Shown: positions 36,001-50,900 of the stretch, piece by piece | How the letters are laid out: each line of letters starts with the position of its first letter | Position numbering within the stretch: the stretch's first letter is position 1 | NCBI GenBank assembly: GCA_977030845.1 | Contig: OZ365109.1 | Span: 61,876,001 to 61,940,000, forward strand | DNA: 64,000 nt | Reading direction: 5' to 3' | DNA from: Fimbriosthenelais zetlandica | Lineage: Eukaryota | Translations under genes and position numbers: made by a program | Notes under the pieces: model-generated | Told to the model about the DNA's origin: nothing | The model's database searches: none | What the model saw: the letters and a program-made list of their open reading frames with translations, nothing else

Positions 36001-39000
36001 ATAAGAACTTCTATTATATGATGAATCCAAGAAACATGTTTCTTTAGTCTCTTGAAGTCTCAAGTCTTTATCTCCACATTGAATCTACGGGTGAAACCCT
36101 CCATGATGGGATATCATCCTCTATCATCAACTGTCATTTTATCCAAGTTATTTGCATCCACTTTTCCTTCCTGTAATATAGAAAATAACCACCTGTTTAT
36201 CATAAGTGCGTGTTTCGTTGGCTAAGGTGAGGAGGGGGAAGTAACTGCCTGGAAAATAACCCGCTATAGTCGGGAATGCCAAGGATTAATTCCGCCAGAG
36301 TGTGCATGCTCAATGGGCTGGCAGATGTGAATGTGGAAGCAAAACCTGGAATGTGTACCACTGGAGGCTGCCAGATTGTTATGCCAACTCGCAGTATTTT
36401 TTTGCCTCCTAAGCAATAAATCTGGCTTGGCTGGTCGTTTGCCCTCCACAGATGTATTGAGCCTGCTTTCTGTCATTCTGCCTGACCTGGAAATGGTTGA
36501 GGCAGGAAAAATGTCTCACTAAACATTCCCCACGTGGACTCATCACAACCCGATCAAATCATAAGTGAAAACAGCAATTGACACAGAATAAAATAGTTTG
36601 TTTATCGGGCATCTGAAGAAAATGTCTACACAATACCTTATCAGTTTATCAGCTTTATTTTTCTATTTTTCTCTACACATGCACTTATGTATAAGAGGAG
36701 GTGGATTGAATCAAACTGCCAAGCTGAACTAAATTTGCTTATAACTCGGTCCTCGGGGAATATAGCCCTGCTGAAGCCTGAAGGATATATACTATCTCTG
36801 GTGGATATTCAGTATTTTAAAGGGAAGCGGGTCAAGTGTATAAAGGTATATTGACCTCTTGCGATATTAGAGAACACATCTAAAAGCAGGACAGTAGTCG
36901 CAGCGAGGTGATTCCAAGTCACAACCACTGACAGGCGCCATCAGGAATCAGGCCTCACAGCGTAAAATTCTGTGAAATACGTTCAGCCGTTGTGAACTCA
37001 ATTTATCGGCGGGCCGGATAAGGAAGCCCGTGGCGCCTCCAGCGACGCCGGACCTAAAACCATTCCAGCAAAACAGATTACCCCCTCCTGACTGGAGCAG
37101 ATTGCTGTAGGAGATTCCCCACCCCTCCTAGCATCTCTCGGCTCCAACAGGGGGACACCAGTTTCCTAGATTGCTCCTCACACGAAGGCTTGGTATAGGG
37201 ACAAAATTACATCAGATATGGGATATTGTGGGACGCGACAACACCATGCTGGTGTCAACGAGCAATATATACTATGCAAAGCAAGCTTTCCCCAGGATAC
37301 AGACCATGTCACTGGCGTTTCATACTAATGGTAGTGTCTCTGTGAGGGATGGGATAGGAAAGATGGCAGCATACTGAAAAGGACATCACAGAGAATGATG
37401 AAGGAAGCCATCTGAGGCCAGTATACACAGAACATCATTTCTCCCTCTCAATCTCTGTTTATCAGAATGCTCGAGTAAAGATAAGGAAATGAGGACATAA
37501 ATCACAGCAATATACACTAGAATTGTAAAAGGGAAAGAAAATACAGAACGTGTGCCTTTTCCCCATCGGTATTTTGGTCAGAAGCAATTAGGAAAAACAT
37601 AGATACGAACACAAGCCTATTATATAGGGGATGATTAGCCTATAGTAGGCTACATGCCTACATGCCGAGAAAGCCTGACCTAGTGCCAACTGAAAGCCTT
37701 TTAAAACATTATCAGCAAGCCAGGCTTACTCCACGTCAGTCCACATGCTTTCTCAAAGACTCGGGATTTTAGGCATTTGTATTATGAGATCAAAGGAACA
37801 GGCCTGTAGACCCTCACGGCTGTCACCATGCAAAAAAAACCCTGAGAAATGCACCTCCTCCTATGTGGCCATATTGTCCCTCTTGCAAAAGATAAACTTA
37901 TATAAATCAGGATCTATGAATCTCCTTCATAGTACCACTCCTTTGGCTGCATGGGTAATATTTCATAAATATTCCACTTCCATTAGGTTTAAGTTACAGG
38001 GTTGAAATAAAACACCGTATAAAAAGTGATTCACAGTATGCCTTACACGGCATAGATCCTATATCGTATATGAAATAACATTTTGTGTTTATATATGGTG
38101 GTGCAACTCCGGGAACATTCCCTCAAGAGCGTATGGCTTTAAAAAAGCTGCAGCAGCACACATTGAGAGCATTGTTTCCTACACACAGTGAGAAGCCAAC
38201 AGTGCTTCCTCCCCTCCTCTTCCTCCTCCTCTCGCCTAACGAAGGAGTGGGTGCTGATAACAGACTGTTGGGGTGTTCCCTCTCGCATCCGCGTTATGTT
38301 ACATGTTGATAGAGCACTTAATGTGCTGTCCGACCAAGCCATCCACTCAGCTAGCCACTCACTTCAACAATCCTCAAGCGTCTTGGATGTTCTCGGATGT
38401 CCTCGGCAGCTGGAACGTTGTGTGCTTGCGTCAAGAAGTCATGTTAGCAATGGGGTAGGACAATGTGCGGAATGCTGTTTGGTTTCCTCTCTTTTTTTTC
38501 AGCACTCAATGTAGAGTTTAATGTCATCTATGTTCATTCAGTCAGGTTTTACCATTAGGAAAACATTTGGGTGTTTCCCACGGCGTGTTGAAACCATCTA
38601 CTTTTTCCCAGCGTTCCTCTAGAGCTTTCGTATAGGCCTACTCGTGTCCAACTGTTTCACAAAAGCTTATAAATACGAATATACGATATGCCAAAACTTT
38701 AAGATAACTGTTCGTTCCAATTACTGAAGATTATCTCGAACAATGGCATAATAAGTTAAAAAAAATCATTTCAGGACTTATGCTTTAGCAGTTAAACTGT
38801 GGTATGCTGTTTACCAACGTATTGGGTTACAAAATAATACATGTACAGTATGTACTACTCAGGATCTACCTTCTTAGGTTACATCCACCGTATGAACCAG
38901 CCCAACACCCAGCGCCTTTTAATGCTCTTCTTAGCCTGGAAAAGCCCATGTACTTTAGATCCAGGCAGGCCAACCCTGCAGCAGGAGTTCCTGTTTGGTG

Positions 39001-40899
39001 TGTCCGGTTTTCTTCTTCCTGTTTATGGCAGTCAGTCGGCCATTTGAGTGATGAAGGAAACTTAAGGTTTTCCATCTTGTGAGACACAGCCTACTTCAGT
39101 ATTGCCACTACATGCTCAGCTGGTACATGGACCTGCCTTTCCCAGATTATTCAATGCAGGGATCTTGGAGTAACATGTGGTCGTCTAGATTAGACAAAGG
39201 AAGTGCGAGACTCGGTATGCATCAACTGTATGAATCTGCTACACAAAATAAGGCAGATAAAATAAAATAAAGTCTGTCTTCCAGTCGACTTGTATTCAGA
39301 AGGTTTGATGTTTTTCTGAGGGAACGTTATTCTAGATGATAGGCTTTGCCAGATAGCACTGTTATTGGTTGTGCAGTTAATTTGCCTTTCCTCAGTTTAT
39401 CAACGACAGGTCCCAGGCTTATCCCTTCATTACAACCAACGAAGAGGAGGAAAAACCAAATTAAATTTGAAAATCCCAATCATGGGCTGAAGTCTTTGGA
39501 GCCGCAAGTGAGCTACAGTGCTGTTACTATGCATGATGACATCTATATCGTCTTTTACATTACGAGTGGTAAGCTCCGCAAGGGTATAGAAGTTGCAAGG
39601 TCAGCAGCTTTTCATTGCACCTTGTGCCAACAGATGAGCATCATGTTTCCATGGAAAACCATCTATTGTAGGAAAACGGGCACAACCATGCAGTCGAGAC
39701 TTTTGAGATGCAGTGTTTACACATGTACAATTATCAGTAGAGGCATGTTGAATTGAGGAGTTCGATTGGTGGCACCAGCAGGTTTCTGGCTCTGCAAAGA
39801 TAATGAATGTCATGCTCTTCGATAAGCCACTGAGTTGTGCTCTTTAAATACTATGAGCATCAGATTGGATTCCTCGAATGCTGCTTGTATAATATAACGA
39901 GAAAATCATAGGGTTAGTCTCACTGGGAACCTGCTTTTTGGCGGCAGTGTTTCTAAATTGTCATTACTGCTACTAAGTGTAATGGACTTATTTCCCTTCC
40001 CTAGTTTTGATGTCCTTGTTATGAAGCCTCTCACTAGAAACGTACATTGCCCTTCGCTAATGTTGATGTCCTTTTTAGGCTGATATTACCCTTCCCTAGT
40101 TTCCCTAAATTCCTTCCTGTCTATATTACGCAGCATACCACATATTGTACACTCGCAAAATGGCCGTGCCCATCTTCTCAGAGAATATCCAGCTGTAACC
40201 TACATTGATATTAGTATTCACTAGGTCAACAAGTCTAGGGACAAACACAACGTGAAGAGGTTTCTATTTGCACCAATGGACAACCATATATAATAACACA
40301 CACGACACACATTCCGGCATCAGTTATGACCAACAGCTATGACTCAATACAGGCCATTCCCTGAGCACCCCTAGCCCACTCTGTGTTATCCCTATCCTAG
40401 ATTCAGCCACACTCTATCTTGCATTGTCGCTTATAAATCAGCTCGGCCTGACTCGGCTGCCATGGAGAAGGGCCAGGCGCGACCTCTGGGGTCGGCAGTG
40501 GAGTATTAGAAGCTGGCTGTAAGGGTGATTTCATGGGGTGGTGAGTACGCACCATAGCGGCCATCCCTCACCCTGTGCTGCTCCGGTAGAGGCTCTTCCT
40601 GCAGCATTAACTCCACCAATGGAGTCCTCCTGCCACAGCACAGAGGTGCCCTCTACCCCCTCCCTCTCCCATCACCCTACCCCCACCCCACTACCACCAC
40701 CAGAACCACCCTCCATTCCTGACTGAAGCTGGGGGAGCTGCTGCTGGTGGATATTGGGGAGGGCGGTTGGGAGCCCCACTGAAGAGCAGCAGGAGGAGCA
40801 GAAAGAGTCAGTGATTCTTAATTCTCCAAGCAACAGCCATCCTGCTTTACTGTGGTCCTATCTTAGTCTTGTTGTACGGGGATTTGGTAGAAAGGGAAC

Positions 40900-41170
40900 A
40901 GAACATGGTAAGGATATCCCCCTAGTAGATTATCTCACATATTACAAATCCAAGAGATATTCTTGTCGCTTAACGTACTAGAAAATTCAGCCGGAAGTAT
41001 TTTCACTATTGATCTTCTCAAGTCAAAACATAAATCATCTAGATGCACAGCATGAAAAGAGATGTTCCTAAGGCCTACTAACCCCTCTGTTTTAATGGTC
41101 TCTTCGACTAGGGCAAAATTGTCATCCGCTCCCCCTGGAGAAAAATCCATACACAAGTCTTTATTACCTT
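40900..41170 (-). mobile_element. Possible decayed LINE RT fragment
   Basis: DFSPGGADDNFALVEETI...AVHLDDLCFDL...SWICNM (cf. GF.PG.ST.DA...A+.LD+.KAFD...WI.S+L). Confidence 0.35.
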
Positions 41171-42559
41171 ATAGAATCATTGGGAATCTTTGGGAAATTA
41201 ACTGGCTGGATAAAAATCATCCATCAGGCTCCCTGTAGGAAAGGGTCACTTAATTCATCGATACTATCATTTTATAGTTGGGCATCTAGAGAGGCAACTT
41301 GGGAGCAACAACCGCATGAAGATGCCTCCAGTTCACATGACATGGGTAGCAGACACTTCAAGTGTACACTTGCCCATCCTTCTGCAGTGAGCACAAACAA
41401 TGTCCACTATGTCCACGACCAGCCCCTCCCCAAAGTATGTACAATCATTTAAACGGATTCCACAGCCAGGCTGTGTCACCTGAGGCGTCCTCCAGTGTGA
41501 TCCGATTGCCTCCCCTCCCAGCCTGTCATTACGTCACCTCCAATGACACTGACTATCCAGTTCTGGACGAGACCTAGGCCTACTTCCGGCATGCTGGCCC
41601 TGCCTTGCATTATTCCCCCGGGCCACCAAGGCAAAAACCCAATCCTCCGGCTCTGCTTCCTACTATATATTTCAATATTATCCAAAATCCGATCGAGGGA
41701 GGTGGTTCTCACAAGTTATTTTTATCATCTCGTTTAGATTGAGAAAAAATATCAAAAACATACCATAAAAGGACGTTTTTACTCGACTGGTGCCCTTCTA
41801 ATGCGACCTCTACCCTTTACCCCTTGCTTCAAAGCGCCTTGAAGGGAAAATGAAGCTTTTAGAACATTTTTATCTCATTTCTGCAGCCCACAGAAAGCGA
41901 CTGCTCTCTAAAATTTATTCGGTAATTTATTTAATTTACATCTTGCAAATACATGTGCAATGTTACAAATTGTTGCCATTCATAAATGCTATTATGAGAT
42001 TTTTCTGTATGATTGTGAAATAATTGCCAGGAGCTATTGCCTGATCCCATATACTACGTAAATGTGAGCGTGAGTAGTAGAGGGAATAGGGGCCTCAGGT
42101 CAGGTAAGGCGAGATTGCCATGGCAGGAATAATCCTTTGGTAATGATGCTTTGGGAGGGAAAGATGGCTTTTGCTCTGGCTTCGCCTAACAAGCGATCCT
42201 TTCTTTGTGAGACTGAGAAAACACATGAAAATATAGGACGCTCTCTCACAATTAAATCACTATCAAGAAAACAACTATATTTAGTTTATCACAATGAAGA
42301 AATTGTAGAACCAATGTTCTGTTTCTCATTCAAATTTATCATTCAAATTAATTTCAGGAATATTTTTAAAGGCATCTCTGAAAGCTCTTTATCACATGTA
42401 TATGGATTCCTACAGTAAATGTTATGTTGATTGTGACTATGCGCAATATTCTGAGAGTGTCATAAAAGAAAAGAGTATAGGTACAGGGCGTCACAAGAGG
42501 TTGTGTGGGCATATCTATGTCCTCTTTAACAGTCATAAAATCTTCTCAGATCATTCCCG

Positions 42560-42980
42560 GGACAAGAGCCTTTCAATAATAGAATGCAAGCTGATTTCTC
42601 ACCTTATAAATGGTGCAGCAAATTGTGTTCACAAAAACAGCTATATGACAGCCTTATGCAAAATAAACCATATCATGTTCTACCCAAGATATGGCACAAA
42701 TATTAATATTAACGGCCTGCATTAAGAAAATAAAAAATAGCTTCGATGTAAAATATTTCAATGTCAGACTTGGTAACCTAATATTATAATTAAGTACTTC
42801 TGTCTCTATAAAAGGATTTTTTACTTTGGAATATTTGAAAAAGAGTTTCAATGGAAGCTCCGCGCATATATTCCCTTCATATGGCGTGCCTTTAATCTGA
42901 TAATATGCCTGTGTGTCTATTGCCATCCTTATAGGATGAGAGATAAAACCTACTGTCCAACAGGAAGACAATGTAATCCT
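42560..42980 (-). mobile_element. Decayed RTEX-like LINE RT fragment
   Basis: WTVGFISHPIRMAIDTQAYYQIKGT (cf. W..G.I.PI.K.GD..DP.NYRGIT) and LTLKYFTSKLFFIF (cf. LI.KY...KKLY..F+DF). Confidence 0.55.
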
Positions 42981-45276
42981 AACATCTGGATTAACCTTGA
43001 TAGAACCTGATTTACAGTGGAGAAGGTTTCTACTCAGCCGTCCTCCAAGGTGTTAGAGTGACGTCACCACATGTCAAGAGCCAGTGGATATGCAGGTATT
43101 TTTAGCACAGGACATCTATTTATATACAGCCTTGGTTTTCTAAAAATAGAACGCTGGGGGTTAAAGATGTATGAGAGTCCAGGATACTCTGGGTAACTCT
43201 GGGAGATCTAAGCGGCAAAGCTGAAGTGGAAATAAGACATGGCCACAATCAATCACAATTAGATCATTGTTAGCCTGAATGATTTATCATTATCCACATG
43301 CCATTATCCCACATGTAAGGGAACCATTATTACAGGAACACATGTGTGCATTCCTTTAATACATAACCATACAGAATTTGACATACAATTCCAAAGTAGC
43401 GTCTAGTACTGAACATTCTGGAATTTCCAGTGATGAATGGTAGATTTATTTTTAAATGGCTCAACCAAAGCGTCTGGTTATTGGATTGTTTAATTTCAGA
43501 AGTGCCATTTAGTTACTTGACCCAGAGATTAACCATTGGCATTTGATGCACTGATATGGCTTTCGCGGGAGGAATGCCTTCGTGACATTTCAGACCACAG
43601 CTTTTTGACACTGAGAGACCAGGCAGACACCAATTTACTGTTGACTGTGAATGTGTAACTGACGACCTATAATAACGACAATCTACTGGAGCTTCTAGCG
43701 CTTCTTTTTTATGTGATAATTAATGTCCTTGTGTTAGAAATACTAAATGCATTTTTGATCTGCATTGATGAAATGGGACCCTGAACATGAATTAAGCAAG
43801 GGAACTAAGTGATACGTGGGTGGCCATTATCCAACAGTTGATGGATAATGGAGCCTTGAATGGCTTCCAATTGGGTGGGAAAATCATGGAAAAGTGTTTG
43901 GACATGTTCTTAAAAGGGACCGGTAATCAAATCAATTTCCTGCGGCCACTTATATGGAATTAAGAATCATGGGAAAAAATTACAAGTCAAGACCCATTCC
44001 ATCTGACAAGAGTTCAGAGCATCGGAATGCAGTTCGCGACGCATGAAAAATTTATGTTCAAATAAGTGAGCATCAGTTAAATGTCTGGGGATGTATAGGT
44101 AGATATCCTTGTATAGAGGACATGAAACCATTTTAAATACTGGAGTGTGAAGGAAGAAAGGTAGCAGCGACGTGTTTTCACGCTAAACCGTCAGTCATCA
44201 GATTTGGTGGTTCAGTTGGCAGAAGAGAGAGGGGTCCGACATGGGCAGTAATCAAAGTGGATATTTTGTATTACAAATTAGGTCTGTAGGCTTGACCTAG
44301 ATATAGGAGCAAGGCTATATGGTTACCACCAATATTCATGGTGTAATCAGATAGACTTAAGCGTATAAGCCTAAGTTGCACTGCTATTTGCTCGATTCTT
44401 ATTCCTCATAATATTATTACTGTAACTGCATTCATTCAACTGAATTTTCTCTTTTATAAATGGTACCGTATGTCCCTTTTTGCATAAGAATTTGTAAAAT
44501 ACATTGTTGACGAATTGGGAAAAAATATGGGCATTACTGAAATGCTTTATTGATGATTACAGAATACAACCAATATTTTTGCTCACATAGACGAGTGAAT
44601 GGAGGCAAGGGAGTATGAGAGGAACAAAAGGGAGACTGGGAGAGAGTGGGACCAAAGGGATTCTTTGTTGATTCAATGTGTGATTGGAATAATTACAGGG
44701 GGATTTTCAATTAGAGAATCGTATGCGTCAAGCTCCATTTTATCAACTCAAAATGAATGATTAAATTTCCAATTATGAGGCAATCATCTGTAAAATCATA
44801 GCACACACTTGGTGCCTTTGAAGATTGAGAAATCTATGGAATCCTATGATGAGCCTCGTAATTAGACGGTGATGTATTGGATATCGTGCATAATATTGTT
44901 AAGGGTTGGTGATTTAGTCCACTTGGATATTATTCAAAACTTAAACAGATGAATGAAATTGCATGCGAGGATGAATCTAAGTGGTGTGCAGTTTATCGAT
45001 GTTTCATCTAAATAAAAGGGCCTCCTTTCTTTTGGGTTTGATTTCAGGTATAATATATTATATGGAGAGATCGCTTTCTGCCTGGAATTGCATGAACAAG
45101 ACAGTATTCTTCCTCTTTAAGTCAACATTGTGCTTAGCAAAGGTCGAAGAGCTGCATCGAAGCAGATGATGCTGATTTAGGTCCCACAACACCAATGCCG
45201 TTGGATTTTGTAAAGCGGGGTGCGTTGTAAAGCAGGCTGCATTGGAAAGCGGCCACTGGAGTTCAATGGTTGTGTA

Positions 45277-45299
45277 TGGCATTGGCATTGGCATTGGCA
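45277..45299. repeat. (TGGCAT)~4 hexamer microsatellite
   Basis: tggcattggcattggcattggca. Confidence 0.85.
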
Positions 45300-47639
45300 A
45301 TGACAGATCCTGAAATCGTCTATTATGATCCTGAAAGGGGTCGAAGTAGATGGTTAGCCTTGATTATTAAAAACCCTTGATATAAGCAGGTATCGGTGAA
45401 AAAGGGTTGCAGAAGGATGCATGGAAACCTGTATGCTTCCCCGAACAATATAGGAAATGTTTACTTGGCTGGATATTGATCCTTCTGCTAATCCAGCTGA
45501 ATGTAGGCAAGACTCCCCGAGCTCTCACCGATTCCGGATTAAAGTCTTCAATAGTGTCAATACAACTGATTCCTCAGACAGGAGGAATGGACAGGGACAA
45601 AGGGTATGGAGAAAGAGGGATAGAGAAAGAGAAGGGGTATTTGAGAAAGCGGATAGCATAGAATTATGTTGAAACTTAGCTTCCAACTTACCAATATGGG
45701 GAGGACACGTACGTTGGATGTGAAAATTCATTAGAAATCAATGAAATATTGACTATCCTAATGCCCCACTCGGTTCACAGTGTTACAGTGCTATAAATCA
45801 AATTCCCTCCAGGCAGCGATTAAAAGCGTCCTGCGTGTCATTGGCTTTCATCAACGGAATGTGACTCCTGTTTCTCTTGCTCTCCGGATCACTTTGATAT
45901 GTGGCATTGATCATCAACTGGGCTCAGTAACAGGGTAAAGGACGAGAGCAAGATGTCCTGAGTGACAGAACACTTGTAAGTGACAGCTCGCCCGTCTGTG
46001 CAGACATGTAGCCTATACCCGCGACCCCCAATCCACCAACAGTCAGGTTTCTTCTTGACAAATGTTTCTAGTGCCTGTAAGTTATGGAAGGATGGCATGC
46101 ATGCGATGACACTGTCTCAAGCTCAGTGAGTGGGAGTTATCCCATGGTTGCATGACGAGCCACATTCACGCGCCAATACACGAGTCTCCGAAGGTGCGAA
46201 AATGTTGACCGGAAATCTGTTGATTGCTTCCGTGTATAAGCAGGGTGATGGTTTTTCCCCAAAAAATTAATATCTCAGTGTTTAAGAAAATCTACCGGGT
46301 TTCAAAAATCTGATTATTGTAATACGTGGAAAATGTATGTGAAAATAAAGTCCCATGTCAATGTATAGATGACAACAGCTTCGCCCACACTAAAGGCTTA
46401 AGGTTATTCAGTGGATAAGGTTGATATATACAAATGATATTTGATACAAATGATATATAAATGACGCCATCACTTCGGTTAACCCTTTCCTAAACACCGA
46501 CAAAAACATTGAAAGTCACTATATGAACACCAAGTACCTTCTATTATCACCTTGAAACGGTTACAATTTCCTGGCAGAATGCGGGGGTGGGATTACTGAT
46601 AGGTAATCGAGGCTGGCTACAATTATAAACAACTGCTCAAGGAAGAATCAAAGGAAGGTGACATATACGCAGCATGACTCAATGAGAATTATGCATGTTA
46701 GATATGGTGCCTTCGTATAAATACTGATTCATTGTGTCTGATGTATCCATTTAGTACTCATAGTAAGTGCGGTCAAAGAGTAGATATAGTTAAGACATGC
46801 AATGGCAGATTCTAATGTGCTCTTGAAAACGGTCATTCCCCTCCCAAGCACGTGGCTTTTATTTATGTATGGACCATTGCCGGTGGAAAGCATTGATGAA
46901 GGAAGAACCTTTCAAACCGATGTCGGGGTCAGCTTTATTTATGCCGGGCATTGTTTAAAATGGTTCAGAACCTTGACCTAGATTTTTAGTTAGAGGATTT
47001 TACTAATCCATTGAATGTTGGATATAATATTATGTGTATACCTAAACTATAGTAGAATCGATATACAAATCCTATTACATATAATACATAATTATAGTAC
47101 AGTGCTGTATAAAGAGTCCCATCTCAAAAGGAGCGCCAATTGTCATTGGATCTATACTTGTAGTACATGCAGCAGGAATCCTTATTATATACGGGTTCGC
47201 TTGGTCTAAACATCTCTCTAGTTTAAATCAAGGGTTAATAAATATGGGATGGTTTTATGTGAACGTACCGATATTCTAATATATATATATATATAATATA
47301 AGTGATTTAGTGCTGACATGCAATACTTTCAAGCCATCAATGAGATCGGGTGTTAAGTTATTGGTTATAGAATATTTATGGGGTGCAGAATAATGATATA
47401 AATCATGTTAGAAGATGGATTCTTAATCATTCTATCGATTCCCGAAAGTTGTGCAACAAATCTACCACAAAGACAGTCCTAAACATTTAGATAACATGAA
47501 GCAAGTTGAAATTTCATCGATGTAATAATGTATATCGCCCATATCAAGCACTTCCTGAGCCTTAAAAACCTCTCTGGCATATTAAAATTGCAAAGCCTTT
47601 CACGATCGTCTCGACCTTTTTTGCCAGGTGTCTGTTCTT

Positions 47640-47930
47640 ATGTACCATGCGAGGAATTTAACTCATTATCTCCCAGCTCCAAAAGCATTTCCCAGTGGGT
47701 AAAACTTCCGCAGGGGTTTGGCTGAGAGCAATCAGGCTCGCATAGATTGACATCATTCTCTGCAACGGCTCTTTTGGGAATATATCAGCCAGTTGCATTG
47801 CCAGGCCTTATTGCTCAATGGAAAGCCAACACCCACCCTGTAACTCGATCCTTTATCTTAGATAAAAGGGGGAAAATACCCACAGTGTTTTATAGGATAA
47901 GCACTGCTAATATATTGCTCAGCGAATACC
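47640..47930 (+). mobile_element. Decayed CR1/L2-type LINE pre-RT/RT fragment
   Basis: EEFNSLSPSSKS (cf. L.SL.PSKS.GPD) followed by GLIAQWKANTHPV...DKRGKIPTVFYRISTANILLSE (cf. P.QWK.A.V.P+.K.G...NYRPIS...K+FE). Confidence 0.5.
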
Positions 47931-50900
47931 AGAGTCCAGAGAAGGATAATGGATTACCAAAGGCCAGGAGCTGGCTATACCCTGAACGGAACACAGTGCG
48001 TGGGCGAGCAAGGGAACACAAATGGGTTATGTTTTGTAAATGAGCCCTTTCCCCTATCAAATATCCGTTAATGAAGAGGCTTGTCCATGGTTACATGTCC
48101 CTATTATTAAAGACCACGACCTGCTTATATGAGATATATTCACCAGATTCAATAGATCAGATTAGTATTCCCTTTTTAACTAGTGCATATGAATTGAACC
48201 AATGCATAATGAATGGTTATCAATAATTATTGGGATATATAGAATATACTCCTATACATGGGATATCTTGAAGATACTCCTATAATGTGCATAATATCTA
48301 CGAGCTGTAGGAAATCTAACATACACATTGTTTTCCAGTCAGTAACTCGCGAATTTAGTCTTATAAATATAAATCCACAGAAACAGAAATAATACCATGC
48401 TCTGCAGCTCTGTAGAAGTCCGTGATTCTATCATGCAGCTGGTTTCACATAACCATTAATGATCTACCTGATCAATGATCTAAAATAGAGCTCAACAGTG
48501 TAATTAGAGCCACTCAGGGTTTGCATGTGTACACACACCATTCTGATGACTTGTACTCATTCCTCTCTTGTATATAGGTATACAGATAGATGATGATGCC
48601 AATGACCTGAGGTAGCAATCCCTATCATGTTCTTCATCCCCTCCCTCCAGCAGAGCGATGAAAGATAATACATTCATAAAAAGAGCTTAGTTGCTATACA
48701 GCCATTAAGCCCGAACCTAAAGCCCCCAAGGGAAGGTTCAGTAACGTACCTACCTTCTGATGTGATGGATGTTCGTGTGAGATTATAAAATGGATTGACA
48801 AGGCTTATGTATCGGCTCCGCTTTCTCTCACAATTCTTTCTCTCACAGCCTTGTCTCTGTATGGTTACACTGTCGGCGGTGGCAGTTAAACGTGGGCTTC
48901 TTTATTGTTTCATACCTACAAGGGGATAAAAACAGATTTATAAAATGAGTTATGATGCGAGGCTGGTTTTAAATCAACATCTTGGCTATTGATTTGTAAT
49001 GATTTTATGTCAGCTCAAACGCGGAGTTTATGAATGTCTCACTCTCATCCCTGTCAGCTATAGTCCATGGGCATAGCAATTGTATATGTAGAAGTAGGCC
49101 CTATTGATTAAATGCAACCTATTTCCATAACAGTGGCCTATACTTTAGAGCAAACCACGGCTGTAAATAGATGGACCTGATCTAGGCTGTGTAGGAGTAT
49201 ATATACGCTTCTCACGGGGATCTCCTGTTCTTTAATCCGGACGACAACCAAAGAGGGTAGCGGAAGTAGGCCTATGGAAGGGCATTGTCCATCTTTACAT
49301 GGATATTTTCCGAGCCTTCCCGTATGTATACACTTATTACTCTGTTGTGTACTTACAATGATCAGGTTTACTTGCTATACGTTATACTTCTGAAATCCCA
49401 TTGACAACTGCACAGGTCTCATAATAGACTTTTATCGGCGCTATATTTAGATCCCTATATATGAGTTTCCTCTATTATCGCTCAGAACTGTGAGTGTCTT
49501 AGTATGTTGTGTGTACATTCCTGCAGGAAAGACTTGGGATAAGTATAGACCAAGGACTATCTTGGATGTCCGAACCTTACACATTGATTACATTTTGAAG
49601 GGTAGCATTCGAATAACCTAAATATCATTACTTTTGATGGTTTGTGCCCGGATTTTAATATACATGTAGGAAAGAGGCAATGCCAGGCAATGCAAAACTG
49701 GACAGTAGAGAGTCAGTGTACCACCCAATAGATTTGATCTCCATGTGACCTGGCTATGATATATTAGACATGACGTGGTTGATGATACATTACACAGGCA
49801 GGATGATGAATGACAGGACAAGACTGGCAAGTGCAATACCGGACCATGCTACAATCTAGAGAATTGAAAGGTTCTGATCTGCCAAGATGAAGCTTAATCT
49901 TCTCCCCTTTCCAACCTCCAGCAATAATCCTGTTATCGGTCACTTGAAAGCATTATCCATTGACCCCGCTTAATCTATTGGATTGCCTTACGACCAATTC
50001 AGCCAGAAGGCACGCCGTACTGGTGCTGCAGCCAAATGTGTTGAAGTATTGATGAAGGAGCTTGTTCTCACGTAGACCACTATCTGACGTTACCTTCTAC
50101 ATGTGGACTTCAATCGCAATGAGCCACTCTATTGTTATTGCACATTTAAACATCTATATGGGGATTTACAAAATTTACTAGAGTGCCTATGACACTGGTT
50201 TCAGATGATTAGTAACAGCTAGAACGTAATACCTGGTGTGTGATACTGGCAGATGAACAAATTCCATGCAACGTATATTGACATGTTTACATACATGTGC
50301 GTCATTATCAGTCCTTTCCTGATCTGCTCAAGGTGTTGATATGGGGTTTTTCAACTGAAATATCCTAATTTTAGTTTCTAACATAGGCCTATAATTAGTT
50401 TCTAACATATAATTTTTATGGTTGATATTGTAAATTCTGAGGAAGAAATTGCAAGTGAGTTGTTTGGTTCATGTTTGACACAAATTGTTAAATATGTTAT
50501 CATAATAATTATTACATCACCTTAGCTAGGTATAGATATAGCCTTGGCCTATAATAGTAACAGTATGATTACTGCTAACTCTGTTAGTAGGTCTGGATGT
50601 CATAATCACATGAATTTATGCAATTCCTGCAGATTATCCACAATCTTACCATATGTTACATTGGATCTAAGCTTATTACAAGGAAATCTATATGAGGCTG
50701 ACGACCCTGGAACTGTATCATGTATCATGTTAGGTCACCAGTATGTGTCATCATAACATAGTGTAATCTTGGTGTGAAATTTTCAGCCAACGGAGCCTGT
50801 TTGGGTTGGATTTGTGTACCAAGACAGGCCCGTCCCTGAGCTTATCTAGATAGCAATGGCTTGTGCCAATCTGTATTGATCTAGTCATTACAGTGACTAG

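Noticed and set aside
43058-43067. Perfect CRE GTGACGTCAC
   Set aside because: A single 8-10-mer is expected by chance in 64 kb, and there is no supporting context.
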